The notes beneath the pieces are model-generated. The model had not been told where the DNA came from. It did no database searches and worked only from the letters and a program-made list of their open reading frames with translations. A stretch of DNA of 64,000 nucleotides from an uncultured Lachnospiraceae bacterium. Lineage in GTDB: Bacteria; Bacillota; Clostridia; Lachnospirales; Lachnospiraceae. Positions 39,080 to 48,885 of this stretch are shown here, piece after piece; positions within the stretch are counted from its first letter, which is position 1, and each line of letters starts with the position of its first letter. The position numbers and the translations under genes were made by a program. The DNA lies in assembly GCA_902794825.1 (NCBI GenBank), contig CADBIU010000001.1, forward strand, positions 45,913 to 109,912, read 5' to 3'.

Positions 39080-41266
39080 TTAGAACAAAATGCTCTCACA
39101 GCCGAGTCCCTTTCTGGGAACCAGGTCTTTGGTGTCCTTTGCGTTTTCAAACGCGTCTTCCATAAGAGAAGCCATCTTTCTGATCCCGCTGTAACCCCAC
39201 ATTCCGCCGTAATCAACGAGATTAACAAAATGCTCAGTGCCGCAGAACCAGGCCGCTTTAGGACCGACGGCCAAAAAGCCGCTGTGTTCCGAATCTATGG
39301 CTCCCGCGTGAAGCAGGCGCCCCTTGACATGGATCGTACTGCAAAGGAGTACTTCGCCGCGGTTTTCTTTAAGCCAGAGAAAATCGTTCTCTTCTTCGGG
39401 GCTCACCGCGTCCAGGTATACTTCCCTGACCGCAAACCCGCGCTCCAGAAGGAGTCTTGCAAACCCAAGGGGTCTCTGTACGGCAATATAGTCGATCGCG
39501 ATCGGTGTATCTCCGACCACATCGCGCAGATGCTGCAGAGCGTCTTCACATAGCTTTTCTTCCTGTTCGAAGCTGATGCCTGCCTGTTCAGATGTAATGC
39601 CCAGTGCCTCTGCGGCCGTCTCAAGTTCTTTCCTGATTCCCGCATAATCCATGACCGCCGGCAGATACAGCCCCTTGCAGTCCAGCCTTCGGGCCGTCTG
39701 CCTTACAGATACCGCAGACATCGGGCTTCTGGTTATTAATACTTCTCTGCCTGAGAGGGCCTGATACTCTTTAAGCGTTTCGCAATCCTGAATTTGAAGA
39801 GGGGTTGAGACAGTCCCCCGAACTTCGTCCGCGGCGCGGATCAGCCGCATGAGATCGCTCTCCGGATCCAGCGCATAGATGTCTCCGATAAGCGCTGAGA
39901 GGCCGTTTTTTTCCTCATAGGGCATCAGGATGTCCATCATTGCTTTTCTTAGTTTCATGTCAGGGCTGGGCCCGGTCTTCTGCATGATCGGATCCATCCA
40001 TCCTTTAATGAACACGATCTGCGGGAATCTCTTTTCCAGTTCCTTATATACATATCCCAGGTCGCATCCCATAAAGTGATGGAGGCATACGGGAAATACC
40101 AGGACTGCTTTGGGAAGTCCTTCTTCTCCCCGTTTTCTGCGGATCTTCAGAAGCACGTCCGAGACTCCCTCCAGGGTGATCTCTTCGAGATTTCCACTGT
40201 GCATGTCTTTCTCTTCAAGAACTACACAGGAGAACCGCTCGATGGCGTTCATCTCGGCGGCAGTCATTACGACGCCCCGCATGCAGTTGTCCGAGCAGAT
40301 ATAGATCTGGTGCGCCTGTGGCATCAGCATTCCGATATGAACGATATTCCAGGTCTCATGAACCGGCGGATTAAACTCCAGTTCCTGCGCAAAGGGCGCG
40401 GGAAAGGAAGCCTTCGATACAGGGATCCGGGAAGGTCCTTCGCTTGAAGTTTCGGTTATTTCTGTTTTGTTTGTCTGAGCGGGAGTATCTTTGGTGACAG
40501 GATAATCTACCCCGCAGTCTGAAGCGATCCTGTCAGCAAGCGCTCTGTATGAATCAGCGATGGCGGATTCGGGAAAGGCGCTTATGACAGTCTCACCCAG
40601 TTCCTCCGCTTCCTGAACAAGTTCTGATCTGTCGAGACTTCCGACGATCTGTGTGTGAAGATCCTGCGAGAGTTCCAGGACCTTTTCCTCTTCGCGCTTA
40701 ACATTCCTGCGGTTCAGGATCAGGCCGCCAAGCTGCGCGTAGCCTCTTTCTTTGAAGTTTTCCACCGCAAGGCCGATGTTTGCCGCGGCGTATATAGCCA
40801 TATTCTCGCCGGAGGTCAGAATGTACACTCTGTCAGCGTAGCCCTCTCTCATGGGCATGGCGAATCCTCCGCATACTACATCCCCCAGAACGTCGTATAG
40901 GATCACATCGGGGCTGTATTTTGACAAAATATCTTTATCCCTGAGAGTTTCCAGCGCCGTGATGATGCCTCTTCCGGCGCATCCTCTTCCGGGCATGGGG
41001 CCTCCTGCCTCCGCACAGATGATCCTGCCGCGGCCGGTATGCTTCACATAGATAACGTCTTCGAGGTCAAAAGGAACGCGTTTTCTGACCATGTCCATGA
41101 CCGTGGGGATCTTTTTACCATCCCGCAGGCTCAGGGTGGAATCCGCTTTGGGATCGCAGCCGATCTGCAGGACGGTCATCCCAAGACTCGCCCAGTACTG
41201 AGACAGATTTGAGACGGTAGTCGATTTCCCTATGCCGCCTTTTCCGTAAAATGCTATCCTTATCAT
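39080..41266 (-). CDS. Fusion of a NifH-like ATPase and a nitrogenase component-1-like (alpha-type) domain
   Basis: N-terminal [36 protein letters not shown]; C-terminal FNPPVHETW, CSDNCMRG, VCLHHFMGCD. Confidence 0.85.
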   Translation of the reverse strand: MIRIAFYGKGGIGKSTTVSNLSQYWASLGMTVLQIGCDPKADSTLSLRDGKKIPTVMDMVRKRVPFDLEDVIYVKHTGRGRIICAEAGGPMPGRGCAGRGIITALETLRDKDILSKYSPDVILYDVLGDVVCGGFAMPMREGYADRVYILTSGENMAIYAAANIGLAVENFKERGYAQLGGLILNRRNVKREEEKVLELSQDLHTQIVGSLDRSELVQEAEELGETVISAFPESAIADSYRALADRIASDCGVDYPVTKDTPAQTNKTEITETSSEGPSRIPVSKASFPAPFAQELEFNPPVHETWNIVHIGMLMPQAHQIYICSDNCMRGVVMTAAEMNAIERFSCVVLEEKDMHSGNLEEITLEGVSDVLLKIRRKRGEEGLPKAVLVFPVCLHHFMGCDLGYVYKELEKRFPQIVFIKGWMDPIMQKTGPSPDMKLRKAMMDILMPYEEKNGLSALIGDIYALDPESDLMRLIRAADEVRGTVSTPLQIQDCETLKEYQALSGREVLITRSPMSAVSVRQTARRLDCKGLYLPAVMDYAGIRKELETAAEALGITSEQAGISFEQEEKLCEDALQHLRDVVGDTPIAIDYIAVQRPLGFARLLLERGFAVREVYLDAVSPEEENDFLWLKENRGEVLLCSTIHVKGRLLHAGAIDSEHSGFLAVGPKAAWFCGTEHFVNLVDYGGMWGYSGIRKMASLMEDAFENAKDTKDLVPRKGLGCESILF

Positions 41267-41535
41267 CTTATCTCCACCTCTGAGATCACGTTGGAATAAG
41301 CTGTCTTGGCACTTATCCCCGGGAGCCTCCCGATCCTGCCGGAAAGCGCGCTGATCTTCTCCTGGGGAGCGTCCACAGCTACGCTTATGATGCTGATTCC
41401 CTTACTTCTGTAAGGAATACCCATTCTCCCGATAACATATTCGCGGTATTCATGAAGGATCTCATTGATCTTCTGCGCGGCGTCCTCATTTCCGACAATG
41501 ATGGAGATCACCGCCACTCTCGTCTCTATGCTCAT
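41263..41535 (-). CDS. TM1266 family putative iron-only hydrogenase system regulator
   Basis: ETRVAVISIIV...INEILHEY...IGRMGIPY...ISALSGRIGRLPG. Confidence 0.88.
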   Translation of the reverse strand: MSIETRVAVISIIVGNEDAAQKINEILHEYREYVIGRMGIPYRSKGISIISVAVDAPQEKISALSGRIGRLPGISAKTAYSNVISEVEIR

Positions 41536-41556
41536 AGCCGTCTCCTTAGTGTTTTA

Positions 41557-42567
41557 TCAGCAGATCCTCGGAAGCAGCTCGTTGCCGGGCTGCGGAAGAA
41601 GAGTCTGCGCGCCGATCTCCGTCGTCATGGTCACTCTTCCGGGCATAGTATTTGTGATCCTGCCGATAACTGTCGTCCCTTCTGTGTATTTGCAGCTTCG
41701 GAGGGTATCAACAAGAAGATCTGCTTTCTCTTCGGGGCACACCATAACAAGTCTTCCCTCGCATGCCAGATACAGAGGTTCAAGGCCAAGAAGTCCGCAG
41801 ACTCCCTTAACGGCCGGATCCACCGGGATCTTGCCCGCATCGAGGTTCACGCCGACGCCGCTCTGGGCAGCTATCTCATAGAGCACAGTTCCAACGCCGC
41901 CGCGGGTTGCATCGCGGATCACATGGATCTCAGGTACCGCCTTCAGCGCGGCCTGAACAGCTCCGGACAGGGGCGCGCAGTCGCTTGTTACGTCCGCCTC
42001 GATTCCGTAGTCATCTCTCTCGAGAAGGATGGTGCAGCCGTGTCTTCCGATATCACCGGTCACAAGGATCGCATCGCCGGGCTTTGCCAGCGCTCCCGAA
42101 GTCTTTACTCCGTCCGGGATGATCCCGACTCCGGTGGTATTGATAAAGACGCCGTCAACCTGTCCTTTTCCTGCAACTTTGGTGTCCCCCGCTACGATCT
42201 GTACTCCGGCTTCCGCTGCAGTTTTCTCCATTGCCGCCGCGATCTCCTCGAGCTTGTCCATGGGGAAACCTTCCTCGATGACAAATCCGCAGGTAAGATA
42301 TTTAGGCACCGCTCCCATACATGCGAGGTCATTTACCGTTCCGCAGATCGAGAGCTTACCGATATTTCCGCCGGCAAAAAAGGCTGGGGATACGATAAAC
42401 CCGTCTGTGGACATGGCGATCCTTCCCTTTTCCATTTGAATGACTGCCGCGTCATCCGCAGTAAAGAGAGGGTTTTGGAAATGACTCTTAAATACGCGGT
42501 CGATCAGTTCCGATGTCTGTTTACCGCCCGCACCGTGGGCCAGTGTAACTGTGTTATTACCGATCAT
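41557..42567 (-). CDS. hypE: Carbamoyl dehydratase HypE
   Basis: LAHGAGG, GTVNDL, GDTKV, RDATRGG, C-terminal PRIC. Confidence 0.96.
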   Translation of the reverse strand: MIGNNTVTLAHGAGGKQTSELIDRVFKSHFQNPLFTADDAAVIQMEKGRIAMSTDGFIVSPAFFAGGNIGKLSICGTVNDLACMGAVPKYLTCGFVIEEGFPMDKLEEIAAAMEKTAAEAGVQIVAGDTKVAGKGQVDGVFINTTGVGIIPDGVKTSGALAKPGDAILVTGDIGRHGCTILLERDDYGIEADVTSDCAPLSGAVQAALKAVPEIHVIRDATRGGVGTVLYEIAAQSGVGVNLDAGKIPVDPAVKGVCGLLGLEPLYLACEGRLVMVCPEEKADLLVDTLRSCKYTEGTTVIGRITNTMPGRVTMTTEIGAQTLLPQPGNELLPRIC

Positions 42568-42578
42568 TGTCTTTTATT

Positions 42579-43640
42579 TCAACCTCCATACAGATAGAAT
42601 GCCGAACAAGCGCCTTCCCCTGATACCATGCAGGCTCCTACGGGGTGCTCGGGCGTACACACTTTGCCGAATACTTTGCAGTCGGAAGGGAGACATTTTC
42701 CCTGAAGGACTTCTCCGCACCGGCAGGCGGGATTGCTCCGCCCTTTCACTTCAGGCAGACTGAACTTCACGCGCGCGTCATACTGCGAGTATTCATCCCG
42801 AAGTTTCATTCCTGACATCGGTATCTCACCGATCCCTCTCCACTCGCTGTCGCAGGGCTCCATCATAGAGTCCACCAGCCGCACTGCCGCCGGCTGTCCC
42901 TGCGCTCTTACGACTCTGGGGTAGCAGTTTACAAAGAAAGGTTCACCCTTTTCAAACTTCGTGACAGCGACTGCCAGAGCGGTCACAAGTTCCGAAGCTG
43001 TAAATCCTGCGCACACGCCGCTCACTCCGCGCGCCGCCAGGTCCTCGCAGATCCCTGTTCCGACAATTGCGTGGACATGACCCGGATAAAGATACAGGTC
43101 AGTGCTGTCTTTCATTGCTTCATAAGCGCCCGGCATTGTCTTATTGGCTGTCAAAATACTGAAGTTATCCAGTTTATCGTTCTGTGCAGCCTGTACCGCA
43201 AGACATACGGAAGGCGTTGTGGTCTCAAAACCGACGGAAAGGAAAACAACTTGTTCTTCCGGATGTTTCGCCGCGTAATCCACCGCATCTGCCGGCGAGT
43301 ATACTACCTGAACCTTTGCGCCGGCGCCGCGGGCATTTTGCAGACTGGAACCGGTTCCCGGAACCCTGACAAGATCCCCGAAAGTGCAGATCGTGCATCC
43401 GTGATCCAGCGCCAGCATGATCGCCTCATCGATAAAGCTCACCGGCGTCACGCAGACGGGACATCCGGGTCCAGAGATCAGCCGTATTGACGGCGGAAGG
43501 ATCTTTCTGATCCCCAGACGGAATATCTCATGGGTGTGAGTGCCGCATACTTCCATGATCCGCACGTCGGGACCGCTGTAGTTTCTGATGATATCGAGGG
43601 CCGATCTCTTTTTTGACCCTTCATTTCTGTCCATGGTCAT
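42579..43640 (-). CDS. hypD: Hydrogenase maturation Fe-S protein HypD
   Basis: MEVCGTHTH, GPGCPVCVTP, GFETT, PGHV, CRCG...C...CTP...GACMVSGEGAC. Confidence 0.96.
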   Translation of the reverse strand: MTMDRNEGSKKRSALDIIRNYSGPDVRIMEVCGTHTHEIFRLGIRKILPPSIRLISGPGCPVCVTPVSFIDEAIMLALDHGCTICTFGDLVRVPGTGSSLQNARGAGAKVQVVYSPADAVDYAAKHPEEQVVFLSVGFETTTPSVCLAVQAAQNDKLDNFSILTANKTMPGAYEAMKDSTDLYLYPGHVHAIVGTGICEDLAARGVSGVCAGFTASELVTALAVAVTKFEKGEPFFVNCYPRVVRAQGQPAAVRLVDSMMEPCDSEWRGIGEIPMSGMKLRDEYSQYDARVKFSLPEVKGRSNPACRCGEVLQGKCLPSDCKVFGKVCTPEHPVGACMVSGEGACSAFYLYGG

Positions 43641-43849
43641 AACAGTTCCTCCAGAAGTTCCTTTGTCTCCGTCTGGTCATCGCTTGTGATCTTTGAGATC
43701 GCCGCGCCGGCGTGTACCATGACATAATCGCCCGGCTCCAGATCTTCTAAAAGCTGTGCGGAGACCTGTCTCCTGGCACCGCTGGCATCCACCAGCGCCG
43801 TTCCGTTTTCATTGATCCTGATTACTCTTGCTGAAAGACCTACACACAT
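43637..43849 (-). CDS. hypC: HypC/HybG family chaperone
   Basis: N-terminal MC, PGDYVMVHAGAAI. Confidence 0.92.
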   Translation of the reverse strand: MCVGLSARVIRINENGTALVDASGARRQVSAQLLEDLEPGDYVMVHAGAAISKITSDDQTETKELLEELL

Positions 43850-43906
43850 AATTTCCTCTCCTTGAGCGGAATCCTCCGCTTATATACTTTATCTTTATGA
43901 AACATC

Positions 43907-46327
43907 CTAACGGATGACATTTACTTTCCCGTCATGGACAGCCTGTACCGCAGCTGCCGCCTGACCCAGCGCTATGCCTCCGTCGTTGGGAGGTACAAGG
44001 TGATGGATCAAAACATCGAAGCCCTCAGCCTCCAGTCCTCTTTTGACCATGTCAAGAAGCAGGCGGTTCTGGAAGCATCCTCCGCTGAGAGCAGTTGTCT
44101 GTATCCCTTTTTCTTCCCGGATTTCTGCACAGGCCGAAACGATCTGGTCTGCAAGCATTTTGTGAAAGAGCCACGCAAGACTATCCGGTTCCTCACCTCT
44201 TAGCTTTCCGAGTGTGATTCTTCTTACAATCTCGTCTGTAGGAAGTATCCGGCGTCCTTCTTCTTTTTTTATTGTCTGATCCGCTGTACTTTCCACATTT
44301 CTGCATCCGGGCACTGCTTTCTCATACCGTTCTGCGGCAAATTCCAGCGCCATTGAAGCTTCACCCTCGAAAGTGGAATGTCTGCAGATCCCGCATATGG
44401 CGCTCACTGCGTCGAACAGCCTTCCCGCGCTGGTGGAGACCACCGCGTTGAGTCTTCTGTCCGCCATTTTCATGAGCACTGAAGCCTCCTTATCAGTACA
44501 CAGCGCCAGTTTTGATGACAAGGCAAGTGCATCTTTAAGCGGCGACTCCTCTTCCTCTTCTTTACTGATACTGTGGAGCATAGACACCGCTATCCTCCAT
44601 CCGTCTGTGGAGGACAGGTCTCCCCCCACCTGAATGAAAGGTTTAATACTGGCGTCCCTGACAAAGCCGTGATAGTCCGCCGTCAGGATCTCTCCGCCCC
44701 AGATAGTACCGTCAGTCCCGTATCCGGTCCCGTCCATGGAAACTCCAATGACCGGATCCGAGAAGTCATTTTCAGCCATGCAGCTCAGGACATGAGCGTA
44801 GTGATGCTGGACTCTGACTACCGGAAGGGGATCTTTCCCCTGCTCCTTTCCGATCTTCTCTGACAGCTCGACCGCAGTCGTCACCGAGTTGTACCTGGGA
44901 TGGAGATCACATGCAATGATCTCCGGGGTCACTTCCAGGAGATTCGCGTATCTGCCCGTCGTCTCCTCCAGGGCTTTCACGCTTCTAAGGTCCGCGAGAT
45001 CTCCTATATAGGAGGAAGGATAGAACAGACTGCCGGTTCCTATACAGAATGTATTCTTCAGTTCGCCGCCGATAGCAAGCACTCTTATACCGCCTGCTTC
45101 CTTTTCACTATCCTCCCACGCTGAGAGCATGTATGGAAGCGGGGCGTATCCCCGGGATCTGCGGATCATATAGGGCTCCCCGCCGTAGAAATCCATGACT
45201 GAGTCGTCCGCCCTGATCCGGATCTTCCTGTTGTGAGAAAGGATACAGTCACAGAGACTGCCAAGTTCCGAAAGAGCCTCTTTGTCATCTCTGCAGATCG
45301 GCGCTCCCGAGACGTTGCCGCTTGTCATTACCAGGCAGTCCGGCATACTGATCCCGTCGGGATAATCGAAGAGAAGGATCTGCACCGGTGCATATGGAAG
45401 CATCACGCCTACAGTAGGATTTCCGGGCGCAATGGACGGACACAGCCTGCCTCCTTCCCTGCGCTGCAGCAGAAGGATCGGTTTCTGGTGTCCCGTCAGG
45501 ATCTCTCTTTGAGCCTCACTGATCTCGCACTCCCTCTCCACTGCCGCTTCGTCACGCATCATTACGGCAAAGGGTTTAACCGGCCTGGTCTTTCTGAGAC
45601 GAAGCTTGGCCACCGCTTCCTCGTTTGTAGCGTCGCAGCACAGATGGAATCCGCCTATGCCCTTGACCGCGGCGATTCCGCCTTCCGCAATGATCCTGCG
45701 GGTCCTTGTGATCGCTTCACTTCCCCTGACAGATTCCTCTCCGGCAAGATATACCTCCGGTCCGCACTTATTGCAGCAAACAGGCTGGGCATCGTATCTT
45801 CTGCTCTTTGGGGAGTGATACTCGCTGTCACAAGCCGGGCACATCGGGAACATCTTCATGCTCGTTCTGACCCGGTCATAGGGGAGCCCTTCCAGGATCG
45901 TGAGCCTGGGGCCGCAGCACGTGCAGTTGATAAAGGGGTGGAGATACCTTCTGTCTTTCGGATCGAGTAATTCCTTACGGCATTCATCGCAGATCGCTAT
46001 GTCAGGGGAGATAAAGATCTCTCCCTTCGTTTTAGCGCTCTCTATGATCTCGAAAGACGTGAAACTTAGCTCCGTGCTGTCCGCGCTTTTGACGTCCATC
46101 TTGAGCACTGCAGCCCTCTCAGGCGGTCTCTTTTCGAGAAGACTCAAAAAACAGTCTACCTGCTCCTGTCCGCCCTGGGCAAAAATCTCCACATAAGGAC
46201 CTTTATTGCAGACGGATCCTCTGATCCCTGCCGCAGCCGCATGTCTTGCTACAGTAGGCCTGAACCCCACTCCCTGGACGATTCCGTATACTTTTATCCT
46301 CAGCGTCTTCTCTGTATTTCCAATCAT
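43907..46327 (-). CDS. hypF: Carbamoyltransferase HypF
   Basis: GIVQGVGFRP acylphosphatase domain, two CxxC-CxxC Zn fingers, KGIGGFHL, QHHYAH, DGTGYG, PNDGGIALGQ. Confidence 0.96.
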   Translation of the reverse strand: MIGNTEKTLRIKVYGIVQGVGFRPTVARHAAAAGIRGSVCNKGPYVEIFAQGGQEQVDCFLSLLEKRPPERAAVLKMDVKSADSTELSFTSFEIIESAKTKGEIFISPDIAICDECRKELLDPKDRRYLHPFINCTCCGPRLTILEGLPYDRVRTSMKMFPMCPACDSEYHSPKSRRYDAQPVCCNKCGPEVYLAGEESVRGSEAITRTRRIIAEGGIAAVKGIGGFHLCCDATNEEAVAKLRLRKTRPVKPFAVMMRDEAAVERECEISEAQREILTGHQKPILLLQRREGGRLCPSIAPGNPTVGVMLPYAPVQILLFDYPDGISMPDCLVMTSGNVSGAPICRDDKEALSELGSLCDCILSHNRKIRIRADDSVMDFYGGEPYMIRRSRGYAPLPYMLSAWEDSEKEAGGIRVLAIGGELKNTFCIGTGSLFYPSSYIGDLADLRSVKALEETTGRYANLLEVTPEIIACDLHPRYNSVTTAVELSEKIGKEQGKDPLPVVRVQHHYAHVLSCMAENDFSDPVIGVSMDGTGYGTDGTIWGGEILTADYHGFVRDASIKPFIQVGGDLSSTDGWRIAVSMLHSISKEEEEESPLKDALALSSKLALCTDKEASVLMKMADRRLNAVVSTSAGRLFDAVSAICGICRHSTFEGEASMALEFAAERYEKAVPGCRNVESTADQTIKKEEGRRILPTDEIVRRITLGKLRGEEPDSLAWLFHKMLADQIVSACAEIREEKGIQTTALSGGCFQNRLLLDMVKRGLEAEGFDVLIHHLVPPNDGGIALGQAAAAVQAVHDGKVNVIR

Positions 46328-48885
46328 AGTTTCCCTGAAACCGCGAAATGCGGCAATCCTGCGAATACCCCGTCATAACAGCCCTTTAACAGAGGCAGCA
46401 TCACCGGGTCCGCGATGATCATGTCGTAATTTCCTGAGCGCACCGCCCGGACAAAATCTGTCTCCTCACTTAAGCGCAGATCTCCCGCTTCGCTCAGTTC
46501 ATCCTTTTTCATAAACCAGGTGGCAACGTCAACACTTTCTGCTCCGAGTTCCCGCAAAGCTTTTCTGCAGGAATTCGCAGTGATCTGTTCGTGCACCACC
46601 AGGATCTTTCTTCCTGTAACCCGCGTCTTCTCAGCGATCTTGCGCATCTGACGCTCCGCAAGAGGGTTGCGGCAGGAGAAAGGCACTCTGTATTTTGATA
46701 AAAGCGCCTTTGCCGCTTCATATCCCGACACTGTGACAACAAGGTTCTCACATACCGACGCCGGATCAGCAAAAGCTTCTGTTCCATCCGCGCGGCTTCC
46801 GTATATTACCGCCTGCCTGCCGTTCTCATTTTTCGCGTATTCCTTGAGCGCGTCGTAATCAGCGATGCCTCCGAGATCCATATACTGAGCGCCGAGAATA
46901 CCCAGACGGCCTTTTTTCTCCGCTGGGGTACCGCATCCTGTTTTTTTCGCGAACTTTTCAAACAGGGCCAGATACGCCTTCTCGGCTCCTCTGTCATAGA
47001 ACTCCATCCCGTCGCAGGCAATACCGATGCAGGGCAGTCCTGTCTTTTTCTCCGACATCCTCTCAAGCGCCCGGAAGTCTGTCCCTATGACAGCAGGGAC
47101 AGGAGTCCCGACAATGGCGGCAAAAGAAGGCGCCTTCCCATTTCCGTCCTCTGACAGTAAAGAGGCGGCGTCCGCCAGTTTCTTTACAAGTCTCTCATCT
47201 CTTCCAAGGATCGCGTCCATGTCCCTGAGTCCTGCGCTGAAGACGGCGCTTCTCTCCCGGAACCATCGGGGCTCATCGAAACCGCATATATTGCCGGTGC
47301 AGCCGCCGGCGTCACAGATCACCGTGATTCCGCCGAGTTCGTAGAATACGGAAACCGCACCGGACTGATCAGGGGCAAAAGGCGTCAGGACTTCTCTGTA
47401 TCCTTTAGGCCGCATGTCTGCGGTCCCTGTTCTATTCACGGAACTCTCACGGCTGATCTCTTCGATCCCCATGTCAACGCCATATTCGCCGACCAGTCTG
47501 ACTGCAGAACCGTAAAGATCTTTTCCTCTTCCCTTCGCGGTCTCCATCAGCGCTTCGAAAAAGCTGCATACGCCCATAAAACCAAACGGCTGAATGTCCT
47601 CTCCCCACAGAAGGCATGGGTAATCCGGATGATACCAGCCCGCGTCCCGGCCGAGAGCTATGTGCAGCGCTCCCTTGTCAGTTTCAGATTCGTCTGAATC
47701 CTCTTTGTAGAGCAGCATGGAAGGCGACAGATTCGAGTATACTCTTGTTTCCGGACTTAGATTGGACAAATGCCTGATATAGCGGTAAGAATCCGTGGTA
47801 ATTGTTCCGAAGATCTCTTTTACTCTGAAACCATACCGCACAAGCGCGAGCGCAAGTTCGAAAGGATCAGCGTTTACCGCTTCTCCGACGCTGAAGACCG
47901 CTTCCGGATAAATTTCCCTGAAACTCTTCATAGCCGCTCTGGCTTTCTCTCTGTAAATCCCGTAGTCGAACCGGACTCCAAGGGCCGCCGCGAAAGCGTC
48001 ATACTGCGCCGCAATTCTGTCGACCTGATAAAGCCTTGTAAGCTCGATGGAGGGGATTCCAAGTCTCTCCTGGAGGTCGCCCGCTGCGGGTCTGGCCTCG
48101 GGATTGAGGATCAGGTTGAAGTTGGCCTCCGCCATCTTCTCGAATTCTGCGAAATCCGCGCAGGAGGAAACTTCCCTTATCTGCTTTACCCCTATCTGTC
48201 CAAGAAGTTCCCTGAGTTCACAATCTTTCTGCAGAGGGGCGAAATATCCGAGAATATTGACACTGTCGGATTTCTTGGGGATTGGCTGCAAAAGGGAATA
48301 GATGGACTGTCTTACATGGACCATGGGCGGCTTTCTACCTTCCCTGGTCAGCGCGTACATGTAACACGGCCTGACCCGGATATAAGATCCCGCCTCGTCA
48401 GAAGATGCCTGTACAGTTTCATTTACCATCTTCTCCGCTTTTCTGCATACACGCTCCATATCTGTTCCAAGGAGAGCGTCCACGCAGGTTATGCAGATCA
48501 TGATCACGGAAGGTTTCTTCCCAAGTCCTGCCGCCAGTTCGCAGACTGCCTTAGGGATTCTGCGCAGATGTCTTCCGGTGATCAGATCCGTCTCGTCCAT
48601 AGTCAGATAGAAAAATCTGTTTTCGTAGCCCTTCATGGTGCTGATAGAGGAGGTGTTTCTCCCGCAGCAGCCCGGGGACACGATCAGCATGACCGACCCG
48701 GGAACTGACAGCCCCGCCCTCTTGACGCCGAATCCCTCTGCTCCGGGCGAATTAAAGGCCAGAGTGGCCGGGGAACTGTAGATCAGCTGGGAGTTAGACA
48801 CCATGTCCTGTGGGATATTATCCCTTCCCATCTCCCATAGTTCCCTGACAGTATGACTAATCGCTCCGCTCATTCTCTCCTCCAT
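46324..48885 (-). CDS. Fused alpha+beta nitrogenase component-1-like protein
   Basis: N-half FNSPG, SPGCCGRN, ITCVDALLGTD, VNILG; C-half PDQSGAVSVFYELGG, DAGGC, GTPVPAVIGTDF; start at 48885 or 48873. Confidence 0.82.
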   Translation of the reverse strand: MEERMSGAISHTVRELWEMGRDNIPQDMVSNSQLIYSSPATLAFNSPGAEGFGVKRAGLSVPGSVMLIVSPGCCGRNTSSISTMKGYENRFFYLTMDETDLITGRHLRRIPKAVCELAAGLGKKPSVIMICITCVDALLGTDMERVCRKAEKMVNETVQASSDEAGSYIRVRPCYMYALTREGRKPPMVHVRQSIYSLLQPIPKKSDSVNILGYFAPLQKDCELRELLGQIGVKQIREVSSCADFAEFEKMAEANFNLILNPEARPAAGDLQERLGIPSIELTRLYQVDRIAAQYDAFAAALGVRFDYGIYREKARAAMKSFREIYPEAVFSVGEAVNADPFELALALVRYGFRVKEIFGTITTDSYRYIRHLSNLSPETRVYSNLSPSMLLYKEDSDESETDKGALHIALGRDAGWYHPDYPCLLWGEDIQPFGFMGVCSFFEALMETAKGRGKDLYGSAVRLVGEYGVDMGIEEISRESSVNRTGTADMRPKGYREVLTPFAPDQSGAVSVFYELGGITVICDAGGCTGNICGFDEPRWFRERSAVFSAGLRDMDAILGRDERLVKKLADAASLLSEDGNGKAPSFAAIVGTPVPAVIGTDFRALERMSEKKTGLPCIGIACDGMEFYDRGAEKAYLALFEKFAKKTGCGTPAEKKGRLGILGAQYMDLGGIADYDALKEYAKNENGRQAVIYGSRADGTEAFADPASVCENLVVTVSGYEAAKALLSKYRVPFSCRNPLAERQMRKIAEKTRVTGRKILVVHEQITANSCRKALRELGAESVDVATWFMKKDELSEAGDLRLSEETDFVRAVRSGNYDMIIADPVMLPLLKGCYDGVFAGLPHFAVSGKL

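Noticed and set aside
41557-46327. [NiFe]-hydrogenase locus
   Set aside because: No large or small subunit, maturation protease or hypAB in the window
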